DNA of 64,000 nt, taken from positions 1,922,001-1,986,000 of the forward strand of contig JAMWBK010000008.1 of assembly GCA_029953675.1 (NCBI GenBank), in the 5' to 3' direction. The notes under the pieces were generated by a model. That model was not told the origin of the DNA. It saw only the letters and a list, made by a program, of their open reading frames with translations, and searched no databases. Below, piece by piece: positions 10,637-22,115 of the stretch. Numbering within the stretch: the first letter of the stretch is position 1; each line of letters opens with the position of its first letter. The position numbers and the translations under genes are program-made. The DNA comes from Rhodosorus marinus CCMP1338. Taxonomy: Eukaryota > Plantae > Rhodophyta.

Positions 10637-13198
10637 CTATGACTCGAGATCGTTCAGCTTCTCCAAGCACTCCAAAAGGACTAGTTGCGAGCTCCGTAGT
10701 TTATCCCGCAGCTCATCGATTTGGGATCTTCTGCGCTGCTCCGATGTGGGCTGATCAAAGATCGAGTCCTCGGAATCGCGATCAGTGTCGCCTTCTGCAG
10801 GAATCGACACTTCCTCAGCCAGTTGCGCAAAAAAGGCCTTCAAGCTCTTGCTCTTTTTCCTCTCACGCATTAGGGTAAACGCTCGGCTAGGATCCACTTG
10901 AGATTGCTCCAAACACTTCACAAATCGGTATAGCTCATTGGCGAGATGTAAAAAGTGTGCATGCTCCTGCGCAATTATGACCGCCTGTTTCCAGAGACGC
11001 TGCACCTCTTCATGGACTATAGCATCATACCTGCAAAGGAAAAGTGCACGAGAAAACATTTGTGGGCTCCACTCAGCGAACACGTTCTTTCGGGCTTGTG
11101 GATTTTCAGGACGGGAGTATTGTCTGACTTACTGCCCAGAGCTTTCGAGAGCTTCGAGAACGCGATTTCGCTCAATGAACAGGGTGTTAACGTAGCCATT
11201 GGTTATCGCAGTCGCATCACGTTTTCGTCCCAGAACGACGTTCTCAATTCCAAATACTTCCGCATCATGTGACTCGCCTACTATCCTACCGTTTGCCCCA
11301 AAGTGACTGACACTGCCATGAATGATAACGTAAATGCCTGTGGGTTCATCGCCATCCAGATACACGTGCTCATTCGGCGAAAACGTTCTCTGTTCAACCA
11401 CCGTGCACAGCCTCCCAAGGATGCGATGGTCTATGTCCTTAAACCATTCAACTTTCTGGACTAGAGGTCCGTATACGGCGATCGTCACCTCGCAGCGAAG
11501 CTCAGGTGTCATAGAATCGAGAACAACGTCGTCGCTGGAGACGAGTTGGGAGTTTCTATAAATCTGCTTGAAATATTGCCTAACTTTGAAGTGGATCTGG
11601 GGGTCAAGCTGGCGTGAACTTGCATAGTCTGATAGTTGATCCATGATAAGGCGATACTGGGCTCCTTGTACGTTGAGATCGGATACAAGAGCGTTCACGT
11701 TCGACAAGAGGTACGCAAAGATTGCGGCTCCCATCCTTCGCGTAAGGTCCGCATTATATAGAAAAAATACGTCAGCTACTTCAATATCTCAAGGACTCGC
11801 TCTTCTTCGTGCTTTAGATATAGTGTACTTACAGCATGATGATTGTTGTATAGATCCTCTCAATCGTTGTGTTCGGAGTAACATCTCCGTAACCAATTGT
11901 AGTGATAGTGTACACGGAGAAGTACAGCGAAGCAACGTAAAACTCAAAGTTGTTTGACGCATCAGCTAGATCATCGATCCATGTAACCACGCCTGGTATG
12001 CCGATCTGCCATTGGGAATAGGGAAAAGTGCACATTTTGAAGTACGTAAGCTTCCTAATTCCTGCGCCACACCTTTTGCTTCCCTTGCCTTTGGCGTTCA
12101 CTCACTTGGACAAACGCGAAAAAATAAAACAAGCAGGCCACCCAGTGGGCGACGAAGAGCGCCCCAATGACGAGTAGGCAAATGCGCAAGAGCGCGTACT
12201 GAGCAAAGCGAAGGGCCACGGAGAATAGAGAATATCTCAGTGAAAATCCGATGCAAAAGGACCATATCCCAGCCTGTGGTCAGGCTCCGCGACACGTCTC
12301 GTTTGACAGCCCACCTTGACGCAGAAGAACACTTCCACTCGAACGAGCAGCTTCGAGCTCTCAACCACTCTGACAAGTTTTGACATCTTGAGAAGGCGAA
12401 GAAGACGGAGTAGACGAAGGATCTGAAACACAATGGAGACACAGACGACGGGTTCAGAGTTTGTACCATTTTCCACAGCCAATCGAGCCAGCGCAGTAAA
12501 ACAGACAACGAGCACGAGAGGATTGAACTAGCAGTACCTGCCAATAGCTGGCATCTTCGCCCTCCTGCGTGAACCCAATTATGTCCCACGGTACAGTGGA
12601 AACTACATCGACAGTGCACCAACCGAACAAATAGCGAAGTGCACACTTCCGAAGACTCATCTCCCATGTGCTATCACCCCGCTGGTACGAGGTCAGGAAG
12701 TTCAGAACTATGTCCGTTATCCACACAATGTCTATGCATCTCTCAAGCCAAAACAATGGACTGTCTATCCACAAAATCCCGTAAAAACAGATCTGGACAC
12801 AGAACACAGCAGTCAATTAGCAAACTCTATCGCAACATGCACATGGTTGTCCTCGCGCGGTGCGGCGTGATGCACGCGGAAGGTAAAAGTTGAGCATGGG
12901 ATTTCAAGCCACGTACCACGAAAATAGACACCGTAGCAACATAGAGCAAAATGACACAGACCAACAGGTCCCACCATTTTCTCCATTTTGCATCAACCAT
13001 CAACGGTAACTTGATCCGTCCAATCCTTCTCCCTTGCCAGGTATCGACATCCGCGTCTTCAGTGTCAAGTACTTTACCAGTGTTTTCGGCGAGAACCGCC
13101 ATGACTGCCTCCTCGTGCTTGACATCACTAGCTGTCATGCTCGGGTCGAAAGCCACGGACTTCTTCTCACTTTGCGTTCTCTCCGAAGTCGAATCCAT
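10637..13198 (-). CDS. Voltage-gated K+ channel with cyclic-nucleotide-binding domain (EAG/KCNH or plant Shaker-like), multi-exon
   Basis: S1 WRKWWDLLVCVILLY, S4 LRLLRLLRLLKMSKLVR, pore LYFSVYTITTIGYGDVTP, then C-linker and CNBD (FSPNEHVYLDGDEPTGIYVIIHG...FG). Introns checked are in-phase GT-AG. ATG at 13198 is inferred. Confidence 0.9.
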
Positions 13199-14740
13199 CC
13201 TTGTGGGCAAAGTCCGACACCTAAGTATACGTCGTCCACAAATTCTTGAGCTCCAGGAGAGATCGGAGCCCGTCACGAGTCTCAATAGCACAGGTAATCC
13301 GCGTAACCCACGGAAGCACAACCTCTGACTTTCTAATCCAGAAGGACTCAATCATAAAAGCAAATGGACAGAGGATGCCCGACGAACGTCAGGTGTGTGA
13401 CGCGTCGGCTTGCCGCAGCCACCGGCTTCCCTCCTACCAACCAGGCAACAAATCTGGCACAGGTTCACTCTGCGTTCCTCTTGCCCACTAAACCCTCACT
13501 TTTAGATACCAGTGATCAAATCAAATACTCCATACGAAATCCTGTACTGTGCACCCCTCAACTGTCAACACCTTCAAAAGCTGTGGGGCCTAACTCAAAC
13601 GAAAAACCTGACCCAGCCATCTCAGCAAACAACTAATGATTTTACTAAGTAAAAACAATAATGCTTGTATGCCATGTCATTCAAGACATACCCACTTCAT
13701 CCTCTTCACCACTCCCAACCAAACAGCCCACGACTCCATTACCATACATCGTTTCCCCATCTCATCCCCAGCCCTACATATGAAAAATCCCCACTAACTT
13801 GCCCCACCCCCCCAACCACCAACAACTATGCTCCAAAAACCAGTAAAATATCATTTGCCAAAAGAAAAAGAAGATTGTTTTTGGCTTTCACATTTCATCA
13901 TCCCCTCGAATCAAGTTGTAGTGGTGGGTGTAAAAACGCCATCATGCCCAAGTTCAACACCGTTGAACGTAAAATTTGTTTTCTCACATCGAGAAAACAA
14001 ATAGTGAGCAAGCAGAAATCCCGTCGTGTACTAAGTTCCAAGATAAAACCGGAGAATGCGCCGACAGAAAAACAGTCTTTGCCATGGTGGGTGGGCGAAC
14101 TACGGTGTACGTACTAACAAGATACTACTTAGTACGTATCACGCGAAACACTATGATAAATGGCTTGTTTATGTGTATTATTTGTCTCTTTTTTTTGTGC
14201 CGAGGCTCACATGGCAACGGATCCCGCTATTCTCAATTCTGTGAAATATTCCTGGAGATCCAAACTCGTCTATCCATTTTCGTTCATTTCGAGAATTCTC
14301 AGTCATCATGGGGGATATTGATTGTTTTTCCTAGACAAGATTCCGAATGGATTCTGTTGAAAATGGTTAGTATTTCTTGAGTTAACCGGGCGGATTCGGA
14401 TATATGAATAATCGTACTGTTTTAAAGTATTGTTCGTACCCACCGCTTTTCACTGGCTTCTGCTTTCATATGGTCCTAAAAATCAAATAGCGTGGCGTAG
14501 TTTGCGATATTTGTACTGTTTTTTCATATGATTTATGATTTTTGTAAAATTTAGAAGAAAGAACTGGAGGATTTCATCCAGAAAACGGAAAAGCGACCTT
14601 GATTTACGCTACCCACTATGCGCCTTCTCAAAATTAACTTTTTTCATTATGAAGAAATTTCTCTGAGGGCAAAAAAAATCCATCACGCCCAATCTGGATC
14701 GGATCTAAATTAAGCTTCTTCCTAATTCAGTTGATGAATA

Positions 14741-15069
14741 TTTTTTTCCGTGAGATGATTTGGTCGAAGGCATAGAGCAACTAGCTTTTTTTACGGTTGT
14801 CATAAAACGTTAGATACGGTCGTTTATTATTGAATAAATGAAGAAAGCTCTTTTGGTTTGTCAACAAATATCTTCGAAAAAACTTGTCCGTTTCAGTTTC
14901 TTCCTAGTACAGCCGAGAAGCGTATTTTCGATGAAATGATTTGGCGAAAGTTTCTTACCATTGTCATAAAACGTCAGATAAAAAACAAGGTATGTTTACT
15001 ATTGAATAAATGAAGGCAATTCTCCGGTCCGTTAACAAATATCTTCGAAGACACTTGTCCGTTTTCTTC
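14741..15069. repeat. Degenerate tandem duplication of ~150-180 bp in AT-rich intergenic DNA
   Basis: Blocks GATTTGG(T)CGAA, TTGTCATAAAACGT, TATTGAATAAATGAAG, AACAAATATCTTCGAA and ACTTGTCCGTTT occur twice in the same order. Confidence 0.8.
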
Positions 15070-15319
15070 AAATTCCCACCAATCACATTTTGTGTAAGCT
15101 GTTCATTCAAAATTCCCTAATTTTCTTGCTCTTCGTTTGTTCAATGTTATAATTCTATAGTATTTGTGCCTGCGTTTCTATTGGGTGAACCATAATGTCG
15201 CGTTGTCACCAACACACTACTATTTTTCAAAATAGTGTTGTTCCTTTTTTGAAAACATCTTGATGTTATCAGGCGATGCGTTCTAAAAGTAATTGGAAAT
15301 CTAAGGTTTCGCAGTTATA

Positions 15320-15523
15320 ATGACTGATATAATGACTGATACAATGACTGATGCAATGACTGATGCAATGACTGATACAATGACTGATACAATGACTGAT
15401 ACAATGACTGATACAATGACTGATACAATGACTGATACAATGACTGATATAATGACTGATATAATGACTGATATAATGACTGATATAATGACTGATATAA
15501 TGACTGATATAATGACTGATATA
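15320..15523. repeat. Minisatellite: 17 copies of a 12-bp unit ATGACTGAT(AT/AC/GC)A
   Basis: Counted from the MTDI/MTDT/MTDA translation of ORF 15320..15568. Confidence 0.95.
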
Positions 15524-15600
15524 GGACTAGCTTTCACCTGGTTTGGGTTGAATATTGCACACCGTTGATGAGGTCTTTGTACTGAGCGCAAGCTGAGCGC

Positions 15601-15688
15601 AAGCTCGACCCCGACGACATTCCGAAGACCGCTTTCACCCACACCGTTCGTATTGTACGAATGGCTCGTCATGCCCTTCGGTCTGACA
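15601..15688 (+). pseudogene. Inverted Ty3 RT fragment KLDPDDIPKTAF...LYEWLVMPFGLT
   Basis: Classic RT motifs on the + strand with one frameshift, abutting the minus-strand ...VDLRSGY at 15689. Confidence 0.9.
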
Positions 15689-16320
15689 GTAGCCGCTCCT
15701 GAGGTCGACAACACTGAGGTAAGTTGCCGTGCCGAGTGCATCGAGGCAATCTTCAATTCGCGGCTGGGTTGTCTGATTCGCGATCGTTGATTCAATCGTC
15801 GACAATCAATACATAACCGCTTTCCTCCATCTTTTTTATCCACAAAAAGACAGGGAGATGCGAAAGGAGATGAGCTCGGCCGGATCAGATTCTTCTGCAA
15901 CAAGTTCTGCACCCGCTTCTTAAGTTCCCGTTGGTCTGGGAGGCTCATCCGGTACAGTCCTTGGGTGACTGGTTCTGTTCCTGGTTGTAGTTCGATGTCA
16001 AAATTGACCTCGCGCCATGGTGGTAACGTATCTATATCTTCGGCGAACGCGGTTTTATATTTCGTCGTAACTCATTTGGTTAGACTCTCCGTCTCGCGGT
16101 TTCTTGTTTCGTCAGGTTTTCCTCCGTTGTTGTCGGAGAGATTTTCATACTGGTATTCGTTTTTCTTACTCCCGCATTCTTCGTTGTTATGGGAGAGATT
16201 GTTGTGTTGTAAAATCAAGGTCCGACTTGGTAAGTCAATCTTCGCCTGGTATTTTCTTCAGAAATCCTGCCCCAAATATCCTGGGTTTGCGGCTTCTCGT
16301 ACGACATAGGGTTCCCACTT
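15689..16320 (-). pseudogene. Ty3/gypsy protease C-terminus to RT N-terminus
   Basis: YLGQDFLKKYQAKIDL, FDIELQPGTEPVTQGLYRMS, LIRPSSSPFASPCLFVDKKDGGKRLCID and RIEDCLDALGTATYLSVVDLRSGY, with a stop and a frameshift. Confidence 0.92.
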
Positions 16321-16507
16321 GAATGAGTGGCCTCCCAAGTTTAAAGGTGTCGCACCCAGAATTTCGATAGATGCTCCTGGTGCGGCCGTATCCAATTTCC
16401 CGTGGTTGTGGGATGAATTGGTGTGGCGTCAGGGACCCCTCTCAAGACTGAATGGCTACTGCCAGTGTCAATCAGTAGAGGTACCTGATGATCCGTTTAT
16501 TCAGAGG

Positions 16508-16955
16508 CTAACTACCCTGAGAAGCGAGACGCTGATGACGCGCGTCCACAAACAAAGCAGAATTGGAGCCCCACAGGGTCAAAGAAAGCTCCGTGAGCAG
16601 ACTATCTAAACGCTCTGGGTCGTTGCGAAACAGAGCTCGCAGCCAGCGAGAACCTACACTATCTATCAAGCCAAAGCACTCAATAATGAGGGGGACGAAC
16701 CAGTACATCACCGCCGAATCGCGAAAGTTAGGGTTTGACATCGCTGCCGCGTACTGCGAATCTTTCACTTGCCGCATGGACCGAGCTGCAGCTCCTCGAC
16801 GCCGAGCCGACGCAGGCAGGTACCTGGTCGCCTGAGGACAAGGGATGGAGAGGTCAATGTACTCACTGCGACGCGCATTGAGGTCAGTCACATGAGGTAC
16901 CTCCTGCTGATCATCCCTGTCCCCATCCATTCCTTTTCGAAAGGAATCTTGACGC
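16508..16955 (-). mobile_element. 3' end of a CRE/SLACS-like non-LTR retrotransposon (restriction-like endonuclease domain)
   Basis: YIDLSIPCP...AAARSMRQVKDSQY...FVPLIIECFG...LSLTLWGSNS fits the D...K..Y / FxPxxxExFG / LSxxLxxxN layout of REL domains. AATAAA follows the stop. Confidence 0.7.
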
Positions 16956-17009
16956 CTTTTTCAGCAACGGCGGCGGCGGCTCCTACTGTTGCTCCTCTTT
17001 TACCCGGGT

Positions 17010-17369
17010 TCCACTGCCTACAAGATGTCCTAGGTAGCGCGTCTCTGGTATCCCAAAAGTACGTTTCGATGACTTACTGAAGTTATGTTGGCGTAGTTTG
17101 GTGAAGAGCATGTCCAGGTGCTTTCGGTGCGTCTCCAGGCTCGCGAGTAAATGACAATGTCGTCCAAGAAGATTTTGACAAAGTCATTGAGCTCGTCGAA
17201 GAATATGTTGTTCAGGAGGCGTGTGACCACTGCCGGTGCATTTGTCAGAAGTTGCCGTACCCAGTGCATCGAGGAAATCTTCAATTCGCAGCGGGGTTGT
17301 CTGATTCGCGATCGTTTGTTGATTCAATCGTCGATAATCAATACATAACCGCTTTTCTCCATCTTTTAT
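17010..17369 (-). pseudogene. Second Ty3/gypsy RT fragment with an internal deletion
   Basis: KDGEKRLCIDYRRLN...IEDFLDALGTAT is fused directly to LTNAP...VKIFLDDIVIYS...ETRYLGHLVGSG. About 90% identical by eye to 15720-15835. Confidence 0.92.
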
Positions 17370-17773
17370 AGCGCAAGCTGAGCGCAAGCTCAGTAGAAAG
17401 ACCTGGCCTGGCTTACTGCTTAACATCGGCAATGTGAGAGGCTTTTGTTGGCAGGAGCTCATGATGAATAGAACGTGATGTGGTAGCGTTTGGTGGATCC
17501 TGATTTGTCTCGTTTGTTTGAGAGGGACGGGGGGAGGGTGAACCTGAGCTTGGAGGTCTATTCGCCTGGCTGAATGGGAATCGTCTGGACTAAATTAGGA
17601 GGAGCGCCAGTTTGGTCAGGTGTTGAGAACGAGACTCGGCAACTGTAGCCCCTGCCAAGCGCCACAGGGTGACACAAATTTTAGGATCGCCTCTCCAGCG
17701 AGGTAGTCTCGTTGCAATCTTTTCTCTCAGTGTGTGCGCTTCATTCTTGTTCAAATTGGCTGAGTCGATTTTT

Positions 17774-20468
17774 TCAACCAGAGGCGAATATGTTAGTAGT
17801 TGGACTAATGTTGTACAGCTCGAATCCGTCTCCTTTGAGAGTATCCGATCCATCGTCGGATATTTTCGAGATTGAGCGCTTAGTCGAGTAATCGTACTCT
17901 GGTCGAAGCGAGATTATCTTGTCAAGCTCCTTGTCTGTGATCGACTTCTGCTTGTACCCTATTTCATCAGATATTGGGTTGTACCTGAACGGATCGACAG
18001 AACCCCATTCGAGAGGATCAGTCCCATGTAATAAACGTGACGGCAGAGCAGGCCATGCTCTGTTTTTGACGATGCGACTCTTTCGTACCTTATAATACCT
18101 TCCAGGTCTCCACTCTCAACAATCTCGTCCGGCTCAGGTTCTGCCAGCCTTTGGAAGTTGCCCTTTGCGACCACGATGTGTTCGAGCTTTCTCTTCTCCA
18201 TCGCACGCTTAAGGAGGGCTTCCTCCACCGTTCCAGATGTAATCAACCTATAAACGTGCACCGGCCGGGACTGACCAATCCTGTGACAGCGATCCATGGC
18301 TTGCAGGTCTACCTGAGGGTTGTAGTCGGAATCATAAAATATCACGGTGTCTGCTGCCGTCAGTGTCACTCCAAGACCTGCACATTGAACATTGAACCGG
18401 TTTCAGCTATTGGCAGCCTCTCCAGCCTACCTTCCCACAAATACATTTTTGCGGTTCTGTCCTTACCACCGGCTCGAGTACTGATGAGGAAAATGCTAGT
18501 TTTGCTCCGGTCGTCGTTGAATGAATCCATGTAGGTGGTCCGATTTTCCAAAGTGGTGCTCCCGTCAAGTCTCACATACTCGTATTTGCGAAGATGCATT
18601 ACATCCTCGATAATGTCCAGGATGCGCGTAAACTGCGAGAAGATTAGGATCTTGTGTCCCCGCTTCACCAGCTTGGCGATGAGACGATCCATGACAGATA
18701 TCTTCGAGGCAACTTGAACAAGCCGCTCGGTCGTCGCCAATTCTTCGCCGACAATGCCGTTCTCGTCAGTTTCTTCGAAAAGAAACGGATGTGCACATGC
18801 CTTTCTCATCTGCATCAATCGGTGCTGAAGATTTTGGCTCCCAGCCTTGCGACCGGACGACGAGAGAATTTCGTGAAGACGGTTCTCGCGCGCAGCGTCG
18901 TAATATTTCTAGAGGTCCCCGCAAGCAAAGAGTCAGAATACATCTCCCGTTGGGACTCTGTTAAAACGGCTTGGACATGGAAGATGTGATCGGAATACCT
19001 TCTGCAATGATGTCATCGGAGTGTAGACAACAATCTCCTTCTTGGGCGGAAGAACCTGCTCCACGTCGATCTTCAATCTCCGAAGAAGAAATGGCCGCAT
19101 GATGCTGTGGAGCTTGGTAACGAGCTGGTCCTTCTTCTCCTGTTCTAGTGCGTCTGCGATTCCAGAACGTCGGCAATGGTCAGCGTGGGATAATGACAGA
19201 GACACAGAAGGGTGTCTCACGCGGCTGTTGCACCTCAACTACGAACCAAGACCGACATTCTCCTTTCCGCGAGTCCCAAACTCAAACCATGACTCGAATG
19301 CACTGAGGTCATCGAAGACTTCTGGAAGGAGGAAGTTCAGCAAAGACCACAGCTCTGATAGGTCGTTCTGAAGGGGTGTTCCAGTGAGCAGTAGCCGGTT
19401 CGCCGAGGAGTATTTCTTCAATTCCTTCACAAGCCGGCACTCAAAGTTCTTGATACGTTGCGCCTCGTCCACGACTATGTACTTCCATGGGGCCCGTCCT
19501 AGAACACCCCTGATACAAGGCAGCAGAGGGGCCAGGTTTAAACACAGCATGGATAAAAGTGTCGATATCCAGACTGGAACCTCCTCAAATCGTCGAAACG
19601 CACCTGTCTCGGATTACCATCTCGTACGTCGTACAAACTACTGGGTAGGAAGCATCCATCCTTCCCTGCAACGACCTTCCGATTGTCTTTCTCTCCTTGG
19701 GAAGTCCGTAATAAATTAGACAAGGGACCTGCATCAAACAGTTCAGTTTTCGAAGCTTGGAGATGAGCAAAAGCCGTTATACGTATACTGAGAGAGGGGA
19801 TTGACGCGTACGGATGGCGCAAACTTTGTAAACTCGGACTCCCACGTCTTCAACACGCTCTTCGGGGCTATGACAAGAAACGGACCCATAACTCCGCGCT
19901 GTCTAAGGTAGCAGAAGAAGCTTATCGTCTGACGAACGGCGAGCCAAAAAGACGTAATCTCAGTTGACCGCACACTCAAAGAGGGGAAAGCCTATTCCTT
20001 CACGCAGGGGCTCACCTGCAAGGTCTTCCCAAGGCCCATCTCGTCTGCTAGGATACCGTTTATTCCATTCTCATATAATGAGACCATCCATTCTACTCCG
20101 GCAAGTTGGTAGTCCCGAAGTTTGGCACCAGAAACGAGTTTCGGCTGTTCAAAATTTCTGTTCTGGGTTGCCGTGCGCCGCACATCAAAGTTCTCTGCTT
20201 GGGCGTGGCTAACGACGGAGTTTAGCTTATCTTCCTTTTCCGCTTGTCCGTTTTTTCTTCGCTTCTTCTTGGCCCTGTGGTCAAAGCATCCATGGGTGAG
20301 CTGTCAGATGAATTACGAACGGTCGTCTTCAAGATCTTGTCAATTGAATGCTTGTGCTCACTGAGTTTCATCCGAGCGTTCCTTAAGCCTTCCCACTAGA
20401 AACTGGGAGTACACTGACGTTTTCTCTAGAAGGCTATCTAGTTCTGTGAACTTCGTTTCAACCTCCAT
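17774..20468 (-). CDS. DDM1: DDM1/LSH (HELLS) SNF2-family chromatin remodeller, multi-exon
   Basis: N-terminal [18 protein letters not shown], then [53 protein letters not shown] and [21 protein letters not shown]. Last exon ends ...[17 protein letters not shown]. Confidence 0.92.
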
Positions 20469-22115
20469 TCCCTTCCGTCAAATCGAAACCCAATCTCGCA
20501 GCAGTTTTCTACAAGGTCGAGTTGTCCCCAATCACTACGAAACTTGAGACAGGATCCACTAAAATCACATGGTAAAATCCATATCTCTGGGCCCAGATTT
20601 CAACAGAACTTCTCGAACCAGTGGAAAGAAGGACGATCAAAGCGCCGATCGCTTCTCGGACGCAAAGTGAACGGTCGGATCCAGAGCAAGCAGTGTTATC
20701 CGTGCAGCCTTCAATCACTCCCCAAAAGGATTTCCTCCTTACCTACCACTTGGAATCAGCTCTCTCGCTGAAACAGAAAGAGATTCTCCTTTACCCGGCC
20801 CCAGCTCCTAAATCCAAACCTCCTTCCGGGCGGTGAATCAGAAATATCTCCAACAACCGTTGTCATAAACTCAATAAAAAATATTATGTAATTTTCAATA
20901 TACAATTATCGAATTAAGATGTGTAGCAGAATTTTCAGACGGGTGTTACAACTTCATTGGAGAAAGACTTGAGACCCGTTTGATCATCGCCAATTATAAC
21001 TCTTCCCGCGCATCCAGCTTTCCCCTACTTTTCTGAATGAGCCGCTGAAGTTGCTAAGACGATGTGATGATCGTGCTTTTGTGGTTACCAGTAGCGGGAC
21101 GGCATCTTCCTTTTCATCCTCGTGAGTTAGGTTAGGCATCGCTTTGGGAAGACAATGACGTTCGTGAGCTCTCGCACGCTTGCGGCCTGTTTTTTATCAT
21201 TGTCTAGACTCGTGTGGTTTTAGGAGTCGGCGGGTCTTGATATCAATTCTGCTCTTCACTTCCTCTCATCGGCTTCTTGCTTCAGGGTGGCAACTGCCAT
21301 CTCGCAAACTGCCCCTCGTCATGTAGATGGAAGAAGGGAGAGTGGTTTTTTCCTGCACAGCATAGTCAATCGACGCAGTAGAGATTTCATGAAGTGGCGA
21401 CGGACTCACACTCTAATTTCATCAGCTCGACAGGGGCGCTGTCCCCACCAACGCGTTTGTGCATTCTGGCTCGCTGCAAGCGTCCGACACATCATCGGTT
21501 CTTCCACAGCTCGGTATGTGGGAGAGGAACCTACCTACAGCTCAAAAAAGAGCCAATACAACCAAAGCAGCAAAAGGGAGGAACGGCGCCTCGCTCACAA
21601 TTCCTTTTCGTAACAGCTCCGACGTGTAAAACAAAAAAATCTATTGATTGAAAACAATCAAAATAATACCTTATGGATTGTCCCCAAAGTAGCCGTTTCT
21701 AAATATTTTGTGTTCGAATAAAATAGAATTGTTTCTTCGGGTAAACATTGGGATTTCCTGACATGTGACGCTTAGGCAGACCAGCTTCGAGTTGTCATTA
21801 GAAGGGGGTTGTGGTTCAATGCAGGAGTGGCGAATGTTACATGAAAAACGGATTTTTTTGAAATAATTTTGTGGATACGGGGTGTTTAATAGGGTAATTA
21901 GAAGGGGGGATATGAAGTTAAAGTGTGAACACTAGGGCTTTTTCGTTAAGGGTGAGGAACGGATGCTTGGTTGGGGGTAAGGGGGGAAGGGGGAGAGGGT
22001 GGAGATCTGGTGGATGAAGTACTGGTGAAAGGCATCAAGCTAAGATCCTTTTTTCAAGGTTGCTGTCTGGTATTGTTGTACAGAGGTAAGGTTTTTTACC
22101 TAGTCGTGCGGAAAC

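Larger units (their letters stand above)
15571..17404. mobile_element. Composite insertion of scrambled Ty3/gypsy pol pieces plus a CRE-like LINE 3' end, bounded by 22-bp direct repeats and 17-bp inverted repeats
   Basis: Identical AGCGCAAGCTGAGCGCAAGCTC at 15585-15606 and 17370-17391. AGGTCTTTGTACTGAGC (15571-15587) matches the reverse complement of GCTCAGTAGAAAGACCT (17388-17404) at 16/17. Confidence 0.8.

Noticed and set aside
15301-15948. 215-aa ORF with VIIS repeats and the 82-aa MTDT ORF
   Set aside because: Chance read-through of a frameshifted RT relic into a stop-free 12-bp minisatellite.
17376-17406. Helitron 3' end (CTGAGC-GCAA-GCTCAG hairpin followed by CTGG)
   Set aside because: No T follows the CTRR and no 5' TC end was identified. 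The hairpin is better explained by the 22-bp and 17-bp repeat structure.
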